Part shown: positions 27,967-35,206 of the stretch, piece by piece
Position numbering within the stretch: position 1 is the first letter of the stretch
Layout: each line of letters begins with the position of its first letter
Assembly: GCA_017623605.1 (NCBI GenBank)
Contig: JAGAOR010000008.1
Span: 46,661 to 110,660, forward strand
Direction: 5' to 3'
Source: Clostridia bacterium
GTDB taxonomy: Bacteria; Bacillota; Clostridia; Christensenellales; Borkfalkiaceae
Length of the DNA stretch: 64,000 bases
Notes under the pieces: generated by a model
Seen by the model: the letters and a program-made list of their open reading frames with translations, nothing else
Told to the model about the DNA's origin: nothing
Database searches by the model: none
Position numbers and translations under genes: made by a program

Positions 27967-27989
27967 CCAAAAGTTTGTTTGACTTTTGG
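27967..27989 (+). terminator. Weak hairpin downstream of the Opp block, a possible terminator
   Basis: CCAAAAGT (27967-27974) pairs with ACTTTTGG (27982-27989). The stem is AT-rich and the T-run is not adjacent. Confidence 0.3.
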
Positions 27990-28092
27990 AATGCAGTCTT
28001 TTTACGCGGCACTTATTCCTATTCTATTTCTTTTTAACGTTCTGCAATATGAAATTAATTCAAATCATTTTGCAAAATCAAAAATCAATTAG

Positions 28093-28121
28093 TTGAAAAT
28101 TTTAGACAGATATGCTATAAT
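28093..28121 (+). promoter_or_regulatory. Sigma-A-type promoter (extended -10) for the SGNH hydrolase gene
   Basis: TTGAAA (28093-28098), 17-nt spacer, TGcTATAAT (-10 hexamer at 28116-28121). Confidence 0.55.
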
Positions 28122-28216
28122 GTCAAAAACGGAGTTTTATTAAGCATACTCCTATAAAATATCTGTCAGTTATAAAAAAAGCGATTGTTTTTAAAAATAA
28201 ATTAAGAGGTTCAATT

Positions 28217-28852
28217 ATGGAAAAAAGTCATTGGAACGGAAAAAAATGGTATGCTTACGGTACGAGTATAACTTCAACAAAACAGGGGACGTACGTGCCG
28301 TATCTTGCGGAATTAAGTGGTATGGATGTTGTAAATTTAGGAATTCCCGGTGGAGGCGTAACCAATCTTGGAGGTTTCTCAAAGGGACAGATTAAAGCGG
28401 CTTTGATGAATATAGAAGACGGAAAACAAAACGCGGCTTTAATTACCTTGGAGGTTGGAGCAAATGAGGGCGGCGCGCTTGGGGATAAGTACGATTTGGG
28501 CGACGATACGTTTTGCGGTTGTTTAAACCAATGTATTCGATATTTACAAGCAAATACCAACGCTCAAATTGTTGTTTTCTGTTCAGTTGCTTCTATAACC
28601 CCACCTGAACAAAATAAAGATTTTTACGAACGGGCTTTAAAAATTGAAGAAGTTTGTAAGATTAACAGGGTTTATTTCTTAGGTTCACAAAACGGATTGG
28701 GGTATGCGAGAATATCCAAAGATAAAACTTTTACCATAGACAATATTCATCAAACCAAGTTGGGAGGGTATAATTTTGCGCAGTTTATTTGGTCTGGATT
28801 GAAAAACATTCCTCTTTGGTATAGTGAAGAATCGTTTATATTAAAAAGTTAA
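28217..28852 (+). CDS. SGNH/GDSL-family hydrolase
   Basis: 211 aa. Block I-like WYAYGTSIT, block II-like NLGIPGG and a C-terminal DNIHQT (D..H) motif. AAGAGG ribosome-binding site. Confidence 0.6.
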   Translation: MEKSHWNGKKWYAYGTSITSTKQGTYVPYLAELSGMDVVNLGIPGGGVTNLGGFSKGQIKAALMNIEDGKQNAALITLEVGANEGGALGDKYDLGDDTFCGCLNQCIRYLQANTNAQIVVFCSVASITPPEQNKDFYERALKIEEVCKINRVYFLGSQNGLGYARISKDKTFTIDNIHQTKLGGYNFAQFIWSGLKNIPLWYSEESFILKS

Positions 28853-29042
28853 AACCTACAACCTATAAGGGCTCTTGACAAATTCCCGAGCATCTGAATG
28901 ACAGGTGTGCGCCAATAAAGTTTATGATGATTACAGGGTTCGTATAGGGGAATTAAACAGACTGCGCTGTTCAGATATTGTGTTTGTATAGTGAATAGTT
29001 GAAAATTATTCTAAAAATTTCTATATTTTTCGTACAAATAGT

Positions 29043-29068
29043 AAAAGCCACAAAATATTGTGGCTTTT
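29043..29068. terminator. Bidirectional intrinsic terminator
   Basis: AAAAGCCACA / TGTGGCTTTT stem flanked by an A-run and a T-run. On the minus strand it directly follows the tRNA-Arg 3' end. Confidence 0.7.
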
Positions 29069-29069
29069 A

Positions 29070-29144
29070 TGGTACTCCCGACGAGAATCGAACTCATAAT
29101 TGTCCCTTAGGAGGGGACTGTTATATCCATTTAACTACGGAAGC
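29070..29144 (-). tRNA. tRNA-Arg (anticodon CCT)
   Basis: The reverse complement folds as a cloverleaf: acceptor GCTTCCG/CGGGAGT (two G-U pairs), anticodon arm GTCCC-CTCCTAA-GGGAC, T arm ATGAG-TTCGATT-CTCGT, encoded CCA. Confidence 0.85.
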
Positions 29145-29191
29145 ATTAAATAGTATTTTTTAAAACAAGTTTACGAAGGTCTACGAATACT

Positions 29192-29220
29192 ATTTTAGCA
29201 TTTATGATTGTTTAAGTCAA
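29192..29220 (-). promoter_or_regulatory. Sigma-A-type promoter for tRNA-Arg
   Basis: The minus strand reads TTGACT (29220-29215), 17-nt spacer, TGcTAAAAT (-10 hexamer at 29197-29192). It lies about 45 nt upstream of the tRNA 5' end. Confidence 0.5.
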
Positions 29221-29303
29221 GCATAAACGCGGGGTGATCGGTGTTATTTATTAGGAAAGAACAATAAGCAGGGAGAGTCTAATTTGATTATAGTGTGAAA
29301 TGC

Positions 29304-29343
29304 CTTACGAGCCCCGCCGATTTTAATCGGCGGGGCTCGTAAG
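29304..29343. repeat. Perfect palindrome (19-nt arms) between tRNA-Asp and tRNA-Arg
   Basis: CTTACGAGCCCCGCCGATT tt AATCGGCGGGGCTCGTAAG. The stem is GC-rich and has no adjacent T-run on either strand. Confidence 0.8.
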
Positions 29344-29366
29344 ATATATCTATAAAGATAAAAAAC

Positions 29367-29443
29367 TGGCGACCCAGAACGGGCTCGAACCGTCGACCTC
29401 CAGCGTGACAGGCTGGCGCTCTAACCAACTGAGCTACTGGGCC
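29367..29443 (-). tRNA. tRNA-Asp (anticodon GTC)
   Basis: Reverse complement is GGCCCAGTAGCTCAGTTGGTTAGAGCGCCAGCCTGTCACGCTGGAGGTCGACGGTTCGAGCCCGTTCTGGGTCGCCA. Anticodon loop CTGTCAC, encoded CCA. Confidence 0.9.
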
Positions 29444-29475
29444 GTTTTATAATATAGAAATATAATGGTTAAATT

Positions 29476-29551
29476 TGGTGGGCCTTCACGGATTCGAACC
29501 GCGGACCAATCGGTTATGAGCCGACAGCTCTGACCACTGAGCTAAAGGCCC
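29476..29551 (-). tRNA. tRNA with CAT anticodon, probably tRNA-Ile2 (lysidine-modified) rather than Met
   Basis: Reverse complement is GGGCCTTTAGCTCAGTGGTCAGAGCTGTCGGCTCATAACCGATTGGTCCGCGGTTCGAATCCGTGAAGGCCCACCA. G1-C72 is paired, so it is not an initiator. C4-G69 and C5-G68 plus the overall resemblance to E. coli ileX favour Ile2. Confidence 0.85.
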
Positions 29552-29590
29552 GTTTGCATTTCAAAACAAGTCAGTGCACAATGCTTGATT

Positions 29591-29619
29591 ATAATAAACG
29601 ATTTTGATAGAAAAGTCAA
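29591..29619 (-). promoter_or_regulatory. Sigma-A-type promoter for the tRNA(CAT)-tRNA-Asp unit
   Basis: The minus strand reads TTGACT (29619-29614), 17-nt spacer, TATTAT (29596-29591). It lies about 40 nt upstream of the tRNA 5' end. Confidence 0.55.
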
Positions 29620-29650
29620 GTGATTTTTGTTAAAATCAGAAAAATTTTTT

Positions 29651-29657
29651 TTCGACA
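29651..29657. promoter_or_regulatory. Candidate Spo0A box upstream of spoIIAA
   Basis: TTCGACA is the exact reverse complement of the 0A-box consensus TGTCGAA. It lies 83 nt upstream of the spoIIAA ATG inside an A/T-tract region. Confidence 0.35.
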
Positions 29658-29739
29658 AAAGAAAAAAAAATTCGTGCTTATCTTACAGGATTTTTGCGTG
29701 CGTTTATTTTAAAATATTGGCATATACAGGAGAGGGCAT

Positions 29740-30048
29740 ATGAAAATTCTTTTTAACCGTCGAAACGACGCGTTGTATATTAAATTAAGAGGTGAATTAG
29801 ATGAGCATTCCGCATCGGGAGCTCGTCGGGAAGTCGATCGGCTCGCCGATCTAAACGCCGATTGCGAGCAGGCGGTTTTCGATCTTGCCGAAGTATCGTT
29901 TATGGATTCGACGGGGATCGGTTTTTTAATCGGGCGTTATAAAAAATTTAATCGCTACGGCGTAAAAGTTTACATAACGAATCCGTCGCAAACCACGGAC
30001 AAGATCTTGGCGATGAGCGGGGTATATTCGCTCGTTCGAAAATTGTAA
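29740..30048 (+). CDS. spoIIAA: Anti-sigma F factor antagonist SpoIIAA (STAS domain)
   Basis: 102 aa. The FMDSTGIG motif carries the phosphorylatable Ser (codon 29908-29910). It is the first gene of a spoIIAA-spoIIAB-sigF arrangement. GGAGAGGG ribosome-binding site. Confidence 0.9.
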   Translation: MKILFNRRNDALYIKLRGELDEHSASGARREVDRLADLNADCEQAVFDLAEVSFMDSTGIGFLIGRYKKFNRYGVKVYITNPSQTTDKILAMSGVYSLVRKL

Positions 30049-30062
30049 CAAGGAGACCAGAT

Positions 30063-30536
30063 ATGGAAAATTATATGAAATTGGAAATCGCGGCAATCAG
30101 CGAAAACGAAAGCTTTGCCCGTAGTGCGGTGGCGGCGTTTGCGCTTACGCTCAATCCCTCTTTGAGTGAGCTTTCTGATATAAAAACGGCGGTAAGCGAA
30201 GCGGTAACCAACTGCATTGTGCACGCCTATGCAGGTGGGAGCAACGTAAAAAAGGTGTACATTGAATGTAGGGCGAATAAAAGCGAAGAGTGGGGAGAAT
30301 TACATATCCAAATCACCGATTGCGGTTGCGGGATTGAAGACGTTGACCGTGCGTTAACGCCCTTTTATACGACGTTAAAAGACGAAGAGCGTTCGGGTAT
30401 GGGCTTCACGATTATGCAAACCTTTATGACGGATTTTTCCGTAAAAAGCGAAAAGGGGAAAGGTACGCAAGTGATGATGTCGAAAAAAATCGGGGTGGCG
30501 GAAAACGAAGAATTAAGGGAACGGGTAAATGCTTGA
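30063..30536 (+). CDS. spoIIAB: Anti-sigma F factor / serine kinase SpoIIAB
   Basis: 157 aa. HATPase_c motifs (AVSEAVTNCIVHAY, ITDCGCGI, GMGFTIM). Located between spoIIAA and sigF. Confidence 0.9.
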   Translation: MENYMKLEIAAISENESFARSAVAAFALTLNPSLSELSDIKTAVSEAVTNCIVHAYAGGSNVKKVYIECRANKSEEWGELHIQITDCGCGIEDVDRALTPFYTTLKDEERSGMGFTIMQTFMTDFSVKSEKGKGTQVMMSKKIGVAENEELRERVNA

Positions 30537-31254
30537 CGAAAAGCTGACAATCGAATACGTTCGAAGTGCGAAAGCGGGAGATAATAAAGCAAAAGAAGCT
30601 CTTATCGAGCATAACGTTTCGCTTGTGAAATGTATTGTGAAACGGTATCTTGGAAAAGGCGTCGATTACGATGATCTATTTCAGATAGCGTGTATCGGTT
30701 TCTTAAAGGCGATTGCGGGTTTCGACGAAAGCTTCGGCGTAAAATTTTCGACGTACGCCGTGCCTATGATTGCGGGTGAGATTAAGCGGTTTATGCGCGA
30801 CGACGGAAGTGTAAAGGTATCGCGGGCAATGAAGCAAACGGCAAAGGAAATCAATCTGTTCGTAGAGGAATATACGATTGCGAACGGGAAACAACCGTCC
30901 ATTTCAGAGATTGCGAAAAAATTTGGCTTCGACGAAGCGGAAACGGTGTTCGTTATGGGTTCTTCGAAAATGCCCGTATCGCTGTATAGTGGTGCGGATT
31001 TCAAGGACGGCAAAACGCGGGAGCTTGTCGAAACGTTACCTGCCGAAGATCACCAAGAGGATTGGCTCGATAAAATGCTGCTTCGCGGCGCGATCGACGA
31101 GCTTTCCGAACGCGATAGAAAAATTATCGTTTTGCGCTATTTTCGGGATATGACGCAGAGCGAGGTGGCGGAAAAGATCGGGGTGAGTCAAGTACAGGTC
31201 TCGCGGATTGAAAGTCGCATCATCAAGGAATTTAAAGAAAAACTAACAGGATAG
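30529..31254 (+). CDS. sigF: Sporulation sigma factor SigF
   Basis: 241 aa. Sigma-70 region 2 (DLFQIACIGFLKAIAGFD...FSTYAVPMIAGEIKRFMRD) and region 4 (MTQSEVAEKIGVSQVQVSRIE). It overlaps the spoIIAB end by 8 nt. Confidence 0.9.
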   Translation: MLDEKLTIEYVRSAKAGDNKAKEALIEHNVSLVKCIVKRYLGKGVDYDDLFQIACIGFLKAIAGFDESFGVKFSTYAVPMIAGEIKRFMRDDGSVKVSRAMKQTAKEINLFVEEYTIANGKQPSISEIAKKFGFDEAETVFVMGSSKMPVSLYSGADFKDGKTRELVETLPAEDHQEDWLDKMLLRGAIDELSERDRKIIVLRYFRDMTQSEVAEKIGVSQVQVSRIESRIIKEFKEKLTG

Positions 31255-31266
31255 CCCGTTTTTTGT

Positions 31267-31294
31267 TTGCAAACGTGAAAAAATTTGCTATAAT
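31267..31294 (+). promoter_or_regulatory. Sigma-A-type promoter (extended -10) abutting the CPBP protease start codon
   Basis: TTGCAA (31267-31272), 16-nt spacer, TGcTATAAT (-10 hexamer at 31289-31294). Only 6 nt separate the -10 hexamer from the ATG at 31301. Confidence 0.5.
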
Positions 31295-31300
31295 AAAAAT

Positions 31301-32233
31301 ATGCAAAACAAATCGACGATAAACGGAAAATTATTTGGCGAGCCTACGCAAGCTTCCGCTTCGGGGATCGCGTTTTCGCTTGCAACTGTGTTACCAACGT
31401 TACTTTCCGTTCTGTTTTTAATGTCAATCGGCGCGGGGGATTACGCGCAAACCGATTGGTACGTTTACGTTAGCTACTTATTGCCGCAGCTTGCTTTTGC
31501 TATTACGGCGATTTGGTATTTATACTATTTAAAAACGCCTGTTAAAAAAGCGGTAGAAAGTCAAAAATGTAAGCCGCGTTATTTTCTGCTCGCGATCTTC
31601 TTGCAGATCGGGCTTTTTTCCTTATCTGAACTCAACGCTTTGTTTTTGCAGTTTTTGGAGCAGTTCGGATATGAGGATGTGGGAATACGCTTACCGTCTA
31701 TGGACGGTTTCGGGTTCGTTGGTGTTCTTCTCGTAGTTGCAGTAGTCCCCGCCGTTTTTGAGGAAATTATGTTCCGCGGTATACTTTTAAAGGGATTGAA
31801 AAGCTTCGGCGAAGTGGGCTCAATATTGCTTTGCGGGGCGTTGTTTGCATTATATCACCAAAACCCCGCGCAAACGCTCTATCAATTTTGTTGTGGCGTA
31901 GCGTTCGCGCTTGTTGCCGTGCGGGCGGGAAGCGTGTTGCCGACAGTACTCTCGCATTTTATCAATAACGCGCTCATTTTAACGCTTACTAAATTTGGCT
32001 TTGAAAACTTCTCAATGTCCGTGTTTACTGTAATTATTATCGTGTCCTTGGCCTGCCTAATCGGCTCGATAGTATGGCTCTTCGTATTGGATAAAAGAAA
32101 AGAAGAAAACGAAAAAGCAGAAAAAGCGGAAAAAGGAGAAAAAGGGGCACGAAAACGCTTTTTCACGTATGCTTCGGTAGGGATCGTAATTTGCGCAATT
32201 ACGTGGCTTGCCGTGCTGATTACGGGGTTGTAA
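31301..32233 (+). CDS. CPBP (CAAX/Abi) family intramembrane metalloprotease
   Basis: 310 aa, polytopic. Motifs EEIMFRG, FALYH and HFINN. Confidence 0.8.
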   Translation: MQNKSTINGKLFGEPTQASASGIAFSLATVLPTLLSVLFLMSIGAGDYAQTDWYVYVSYLLPQLAFAITAIWYLYYLKTPVKKAVESQKCKPRYFLLAIFLQIGLFSLSELNALFLQFLEQFGYEDVGIRLPSMDGFGFVGVLLVVAVVPAVFEEIMFRGILLKGLKSFGEVGSILLCGALFALYHQNPAQTLYQFCCGVAFALVAVRAGSVLPTVLSHFINNALILTLTKFGFENFSMSVFTVIIIVSLACLIGSIVWLFVLDKRKEENEKAEKAEKGEKGARKRFFTYASVGIVICAITWLAVLITGL

Positions 32234-32237
32234 AAAT

Positions 32238-32675
32238 ATGCAAAAAATTTATTTCGTAGTCGTTGGAAAAATTAAAGAAAGTTTTTATCGGGAAGCGGTG
32301 GCGGAATACGTCAAACGACTTTCCCGCTTTGCGAAAGTAGAAATAAAAGAATTGCCCGAGGGCGCAAATCCCGACGCAGAAGCGTGGGAAATTTTGCGCG
32401 CGTGTAAAGGCTATACGATCGCGCTTGCCGTAGAGGGGGAGAAATTGACGAGCGAGGGCTTGGCGAGAAAAATAAAAACGCTTTCCGACCAAGGCAAAGA
32501 AATTACGTTCGTGATCGGTTCTTCCTGCGGGCTATCGGACGAGGTTAAAAAGGCGGCGGATTACAGATTATCCTTTTCGGATATGACTTTCCCGCATCAG
32601 CTTATGCGTGTCATTTTAGCCGAGCAGGTTTATCGCGCACATATGATTAACGCAGGCGCAACTTATCATAAATAG
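32238..32675 (+). CDS. rlmH: 23S rRNA (pseudouridine1915-N3)-methyltransferase RlmH
   Basis: 145 aa, SPOUT fold family. Typical N-terminus MQKIYFVVVGKIKE and C-terminal FSDMTFPHQLMRVILAEQVYRA. Confidence 0.85.
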   Translation: MQKIYFVVVGKIKESFYREAVAEYVKRLSRFAKVEIKELPEGANPDAEAWEILRACKGYTIALAVEGEKLTSEGLARKIKTLSDQGKEITFVIGSSCGLSDEVKKAADYRLSFSDMTFPHQLMRVILAEQVYRAHMINAGATYHK

Positions 32676-32710
32676 GAAACTTTTCACGCAAAACCGCGTA
32701 TATTGATTGC

Positions 32711-33535
32711 GTGGATATTTATCAAACCCTTTCAAAATTTTATAAAAACGTAGCGACGGAAAAAACGATAATCGGTAAAAGTGTGTTCGGTAGAAATATT
32801 TACGCTTTCAAAATCGGCGGCGGCTCGCCGGTAGGGATCGCGCAATACGCGTTGCACGGTAGGGAATATATCACTTCGTATCTTGCATTGAAGCATTTTG
32901 AAAGGGGTGTTTTTCAGGGCAGTTTTTGGCTTGTACCCCTTGCAAATCCCGACGGGGCACTTTTGTCGCAAACGGGCTTGCAAAGCGTAAAGCGGGAACG
33001 CGATCGAAAAAAATTGTTGTGCCTAAACGGGGGGAGTGAAGATTTTTCGCTTTGGAAAGCGAATGGGCGCGGGGTAGATTTGAACGTGAATTTCGACGCG
33101 CGTTGGGGTACAGGGGCAAAGAATACCCAAAGTGCGGGTGCTGAAAATTATATCGGAAAGAAACCGTTTTCCGAACCGGAAACGCGTGCGCTTAAAGAAT
33201 TCACGCAAAATATCAAACCCGATTACACGGTGAGCTATCACACGAAAGGGGAAGAAATTTATTGGTATTTTTATCAATCAATGCGTACTTGCCCCCGTGA
33301 TAAAGGGTTGGCTTCGGCGTTGTCGCGATCGACAGGCTATCCGCTGTCCTATGCGAAGGGAAGCGCGGGAGGGTATAAAGATTGGTGCATACAAACCTTG
33401 AAAATCCCCTCGTTTACGATTGAGGCGGGCGACGATCAGGCTTGTCATCCGCTGGGCGACGATGCGCTAAAAGATATTATTGAAAAGAACGCAAATGCGT
33501 TATACGATCTGTCAAAGGAATACGTTTTGGAATGA
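32711..33535 (+). CDS. M14-family zinc carboxypeptidase / gamma-D-glutamyl-diamino acid peptidase-like
   Basis: 274 aa. Zinc motif HGREYITS (H..E) and a later H in SYHTKGE. The GTG start has no Shine-Dalgarno sequence. No in-frame ATG lies upstream of the conserved domain, so the start is uncertain. Confidence 0.65.
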   Translation: MDIYQTLSKFYKNVATEKTIIGKSVFGRNIYAFKIGGGSPVGIAQYALHGREYITSYLALKHFERGVFQGSFWLVPLANPDGALLSQTGLQSVKRERDRKKLLCLNGGSEDFSLWKANGRGVDLNVNFDARWGTGAKNTQSAGAENYIGKKPFSEPETRALKEFTQNIKPDYTVSYHTKGEEIYWYFYQSMRTCPRDKGLASALSRSTGYPLSYAKGSAGGYKDWCIQTLKIPSFTIEAGDDQACHPLGDDALKDIIEKNANALYDLSKEYVLE

Positions 33536-34053
33536 AAAGATTAACGAGAGAAGAAAAGTTTATGCGTGTGGCGATGAAAGCGGCAAATCGCGGTTTAAAG
33601 CAGGGCGAAGTACCGATAGGCGCAGTCGTCGTTTTTGAGGATAAGGTGGTTTCAAGCGGCTATAATCGACGCGCAAAATTACAGCTGGCTTCTGCGCACG
33701 CGGAGATGATGGCGATTGATAGGGCTTGTAAAAAATTCGGCTCGTGGAGACTTCCGGAAGGTTGCGAGTTGTACGTAACGTTAGAACCGTGTCCTATGTG
33801 TATGGGGGCAAGCTTAAACGCGCGTGTGGATAAGATATATTTCGGGGCGTACGAGCAAAAGGGCAGGTCGCTTACGAGCGAGCTTGCGGAGGCAAATCTT
33901 TTAAATCATAAAACGGAAGTTACGGGCGGCGTTTTGGAAGAAGAATGTTCCGCGCTATTAACGTCCTTTTTCGTGTCTATGCGGCAAAAGCAAAAAGAAG
34001 AAAAGGAACGCCGAAAATTAGAAACGGAGAATTTTTCTTCTAATGAAATTTAA
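33532..34053 (+). CDS. tadA: tRNA adenosine(34) deaminase TadA
   Basis: 173 aa. CDA zinc motifs HAEMMAI and PCPMC. ATGA overlap with the upstream gene. Lys/Glu-rich C-terminal tail. Confidence 0.85.
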   Translation: MKRLTREEKFMRVAMKAANRGLKQGEVPIGAVVVFEDKVVSSGYNRRAKLQLASAHAEMMAIDRACKKFGSWRLPEGCELYVTLEPCPMCMGASLNARVDKIYFGAYEQKGRSLTSELAEANLLNHKTEVTGGVLEEECSALLTSFFVSMRQKQKEEKERRKLETENFSSNEI

Positions 34054-34071
34054 AAATGCCCGTTTATTCCC

Positions 34072-34100
34072 TTGACTTAATGAAAGAAAAAAGGTATTAT
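34072..34100 (+). promoter_or_regulatory. Sigma-A-type promoter for prs
   Basis: TTGACT (34072-34077), 17-nt spacer, TATTAT (34095-34100). Confidence 0.55.
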
Positions 34101-34187
34101 AATATAGGTCAAGTTTCAAAGGAAAAAAATCGACCGCAAATCGCGGGAAAGCGAAGCGCGGCGAAAAAAATAATAGGAAGGTTACAT

Positions 34188-35132
34188 ATGATAACTCACG
34201 GCAATGAAATTAAGTTATTTTGCGGTAACTCCAATCGCCCTTTGGCGGAAGCGATTGCGAAAAAGCTCAATACAGGGCTTGGCGACATCGAAGTAGGCAC
34301 GTTTTCCGACGGTGAAATTAACGTGCATATTGCGGAAACGGTACGCGGTAGAGACGTATTCATTATTCAGTCTACCTGCTCTCCCGTCAACGATAATTTA
34401 ATGGAACTTTTGATTATGATCGACGCGGCAAAGCGCGCGTCGGCAGGTCGTATTACGGCAGTAATTCCCTATTTCGGGTATGCTCGTCAGGACAGAAAAG
34501 CGCGTTCGCGCGATCCTATCACGGCAAAGCTCGTGGCAAATTTGCTCACGAACGCAGGGGCGGATAGGGTTTTGACGATGGATTTACACGCCGATCAAAT
34601 TCAGGGCTTTTTCGATATTCCCGTAGACAATCTGCTTGGCGGCCCTACGTTGTATAACTATTTTGCAAAGCAAGGCGACATCGACGTAGTGGTTGCGCCC
34701 GACGTAGGCGCAGTGAAGCGTTCGAGAAAGGTTGCCGAAAAATTCGGCGTACCTCTTGCAATTATTGATAAACGTCGTCCCAAAGCGAACGTTATGGAAG
34801 TTATGAGTATCATTGGCGACGTAAAAGGCAAGAGATGTCTTATGATCGACGATATGGTAGACACGGCAGGCACGCTTTGCCAAGGCGCGCAAGCGATCAA
34901 AGATGCAGGCGCAACGGCGGTATACGCAGGCTGTACGCACGCGATTTTGAGCGGTCCTGCGATCGAGAGATTGGAAAAATCGGCAATCACGAAATTCGTT
35001 ATGCTCGATACCATTCACTTGCCCGATGAAAAGAAACTCGATAAATTTGAAATTCTTACCGTTGCGGACATTTTTGCCGCGGCGATTGAAAACGTATACC
35101 TTGACAAACCGATGTCGAAATTATACGATTGA
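34188..35132 (+). CDS. prs: Ribose-phosphate pyrophosphokinase
   Basis: I chose the ATG at 34188 ([16 protein letters not shown]...), which has AGGAAG upstream. The longer ORF from 34056 would include the promoter. PRPP-binding loop [13 protein letters not shown] and GYARQDRK motif. Confidence 0.9.
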   Translation: MITHGNEIKLFCGNSNRPLAEAIAKKLNTGLGDIEVGTFSDGEINVHIAETVRGRDVFIIQSTCSPVNDNLMELLIMIDAAKRASAGRITAVIPYFGYARQDRKARSRDPITAKLVANLLTNAGADRVLTMDLHADQIQGFFDIPVDNLLGGPTLYNYFAKQGDIDVVVAPDVGAVKRSRKVAEKFGVPLAIIDKRRPKANVMEVMSIIGDVKGKRCLMIDDMVDTAGTLCQGAQAIKDAGATAVYAGCTHAILSGPAIERLEKSAITKFVMLDTIHLPDEKKLDKFEILTVADIFAAAIENVYLDKPMSKLYD

Positions 35133-35160
35133 CGATTACGACAAGAAAAAAACGAAAGAA

Positions 35161-35189
35161 GCCGCCGCGGTGATAGCGGCGGCGCTTTT
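35161..35189 (+). terminator. GC-rich hairpin plus T-run between prs and pth (terminator or attenuator)
   Basis: GCCGCCGC (35161-35168) pairs with GCGGCGGC (35176-35183) and is followed by GCTTTT. Confidence 0.55.
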
Positions 35190-35206
35190 GACAAAAGGAA
35201 AAGAAT

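Noticed and set aside
29476-29551. The CAT-anticodon tRNA as an initiator tRNA-fMet
   Set aside because: Positions 1-72 form a G-C pair and the anticodon stem lacks the three consecutive G-C pairs of initiators. It is an elongator-type tRNA, more likely Ile2.
29681-29720. A sigma-H promoter for the spoIIA operon (AGGATTT at 29687-29693)
   Set aside because: The -35-like AGGA element is present, but no GAAT-type -10 element occurs at the 11-12 nt spacing of the Bacillus consensus. I therefore did not annotate it as a promoter.
27929-29739. A mobile element or prophage remnant next to the tRNA genes
   Set aside because: No integrase, transposase or recombinase ORF is present. No tRNA-derived att-like duplication was found. 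Only a 12-bp AT-rich direct repeat exists, which I reported as a low-interest finding.
34056-34187. N-terminal extensions offered by the ORF track for prs (34056), and likewise for 24104, 35816, 40445, 46764, 53034, 53860, 54842 and 57272
   Set aside because: In each case an internal ATG or GTG with a properly spaced Shine-Dalgarno sequence matches the conserved N-terminus. The extension also overlaps a promoter, a terminator or the preceding gene.
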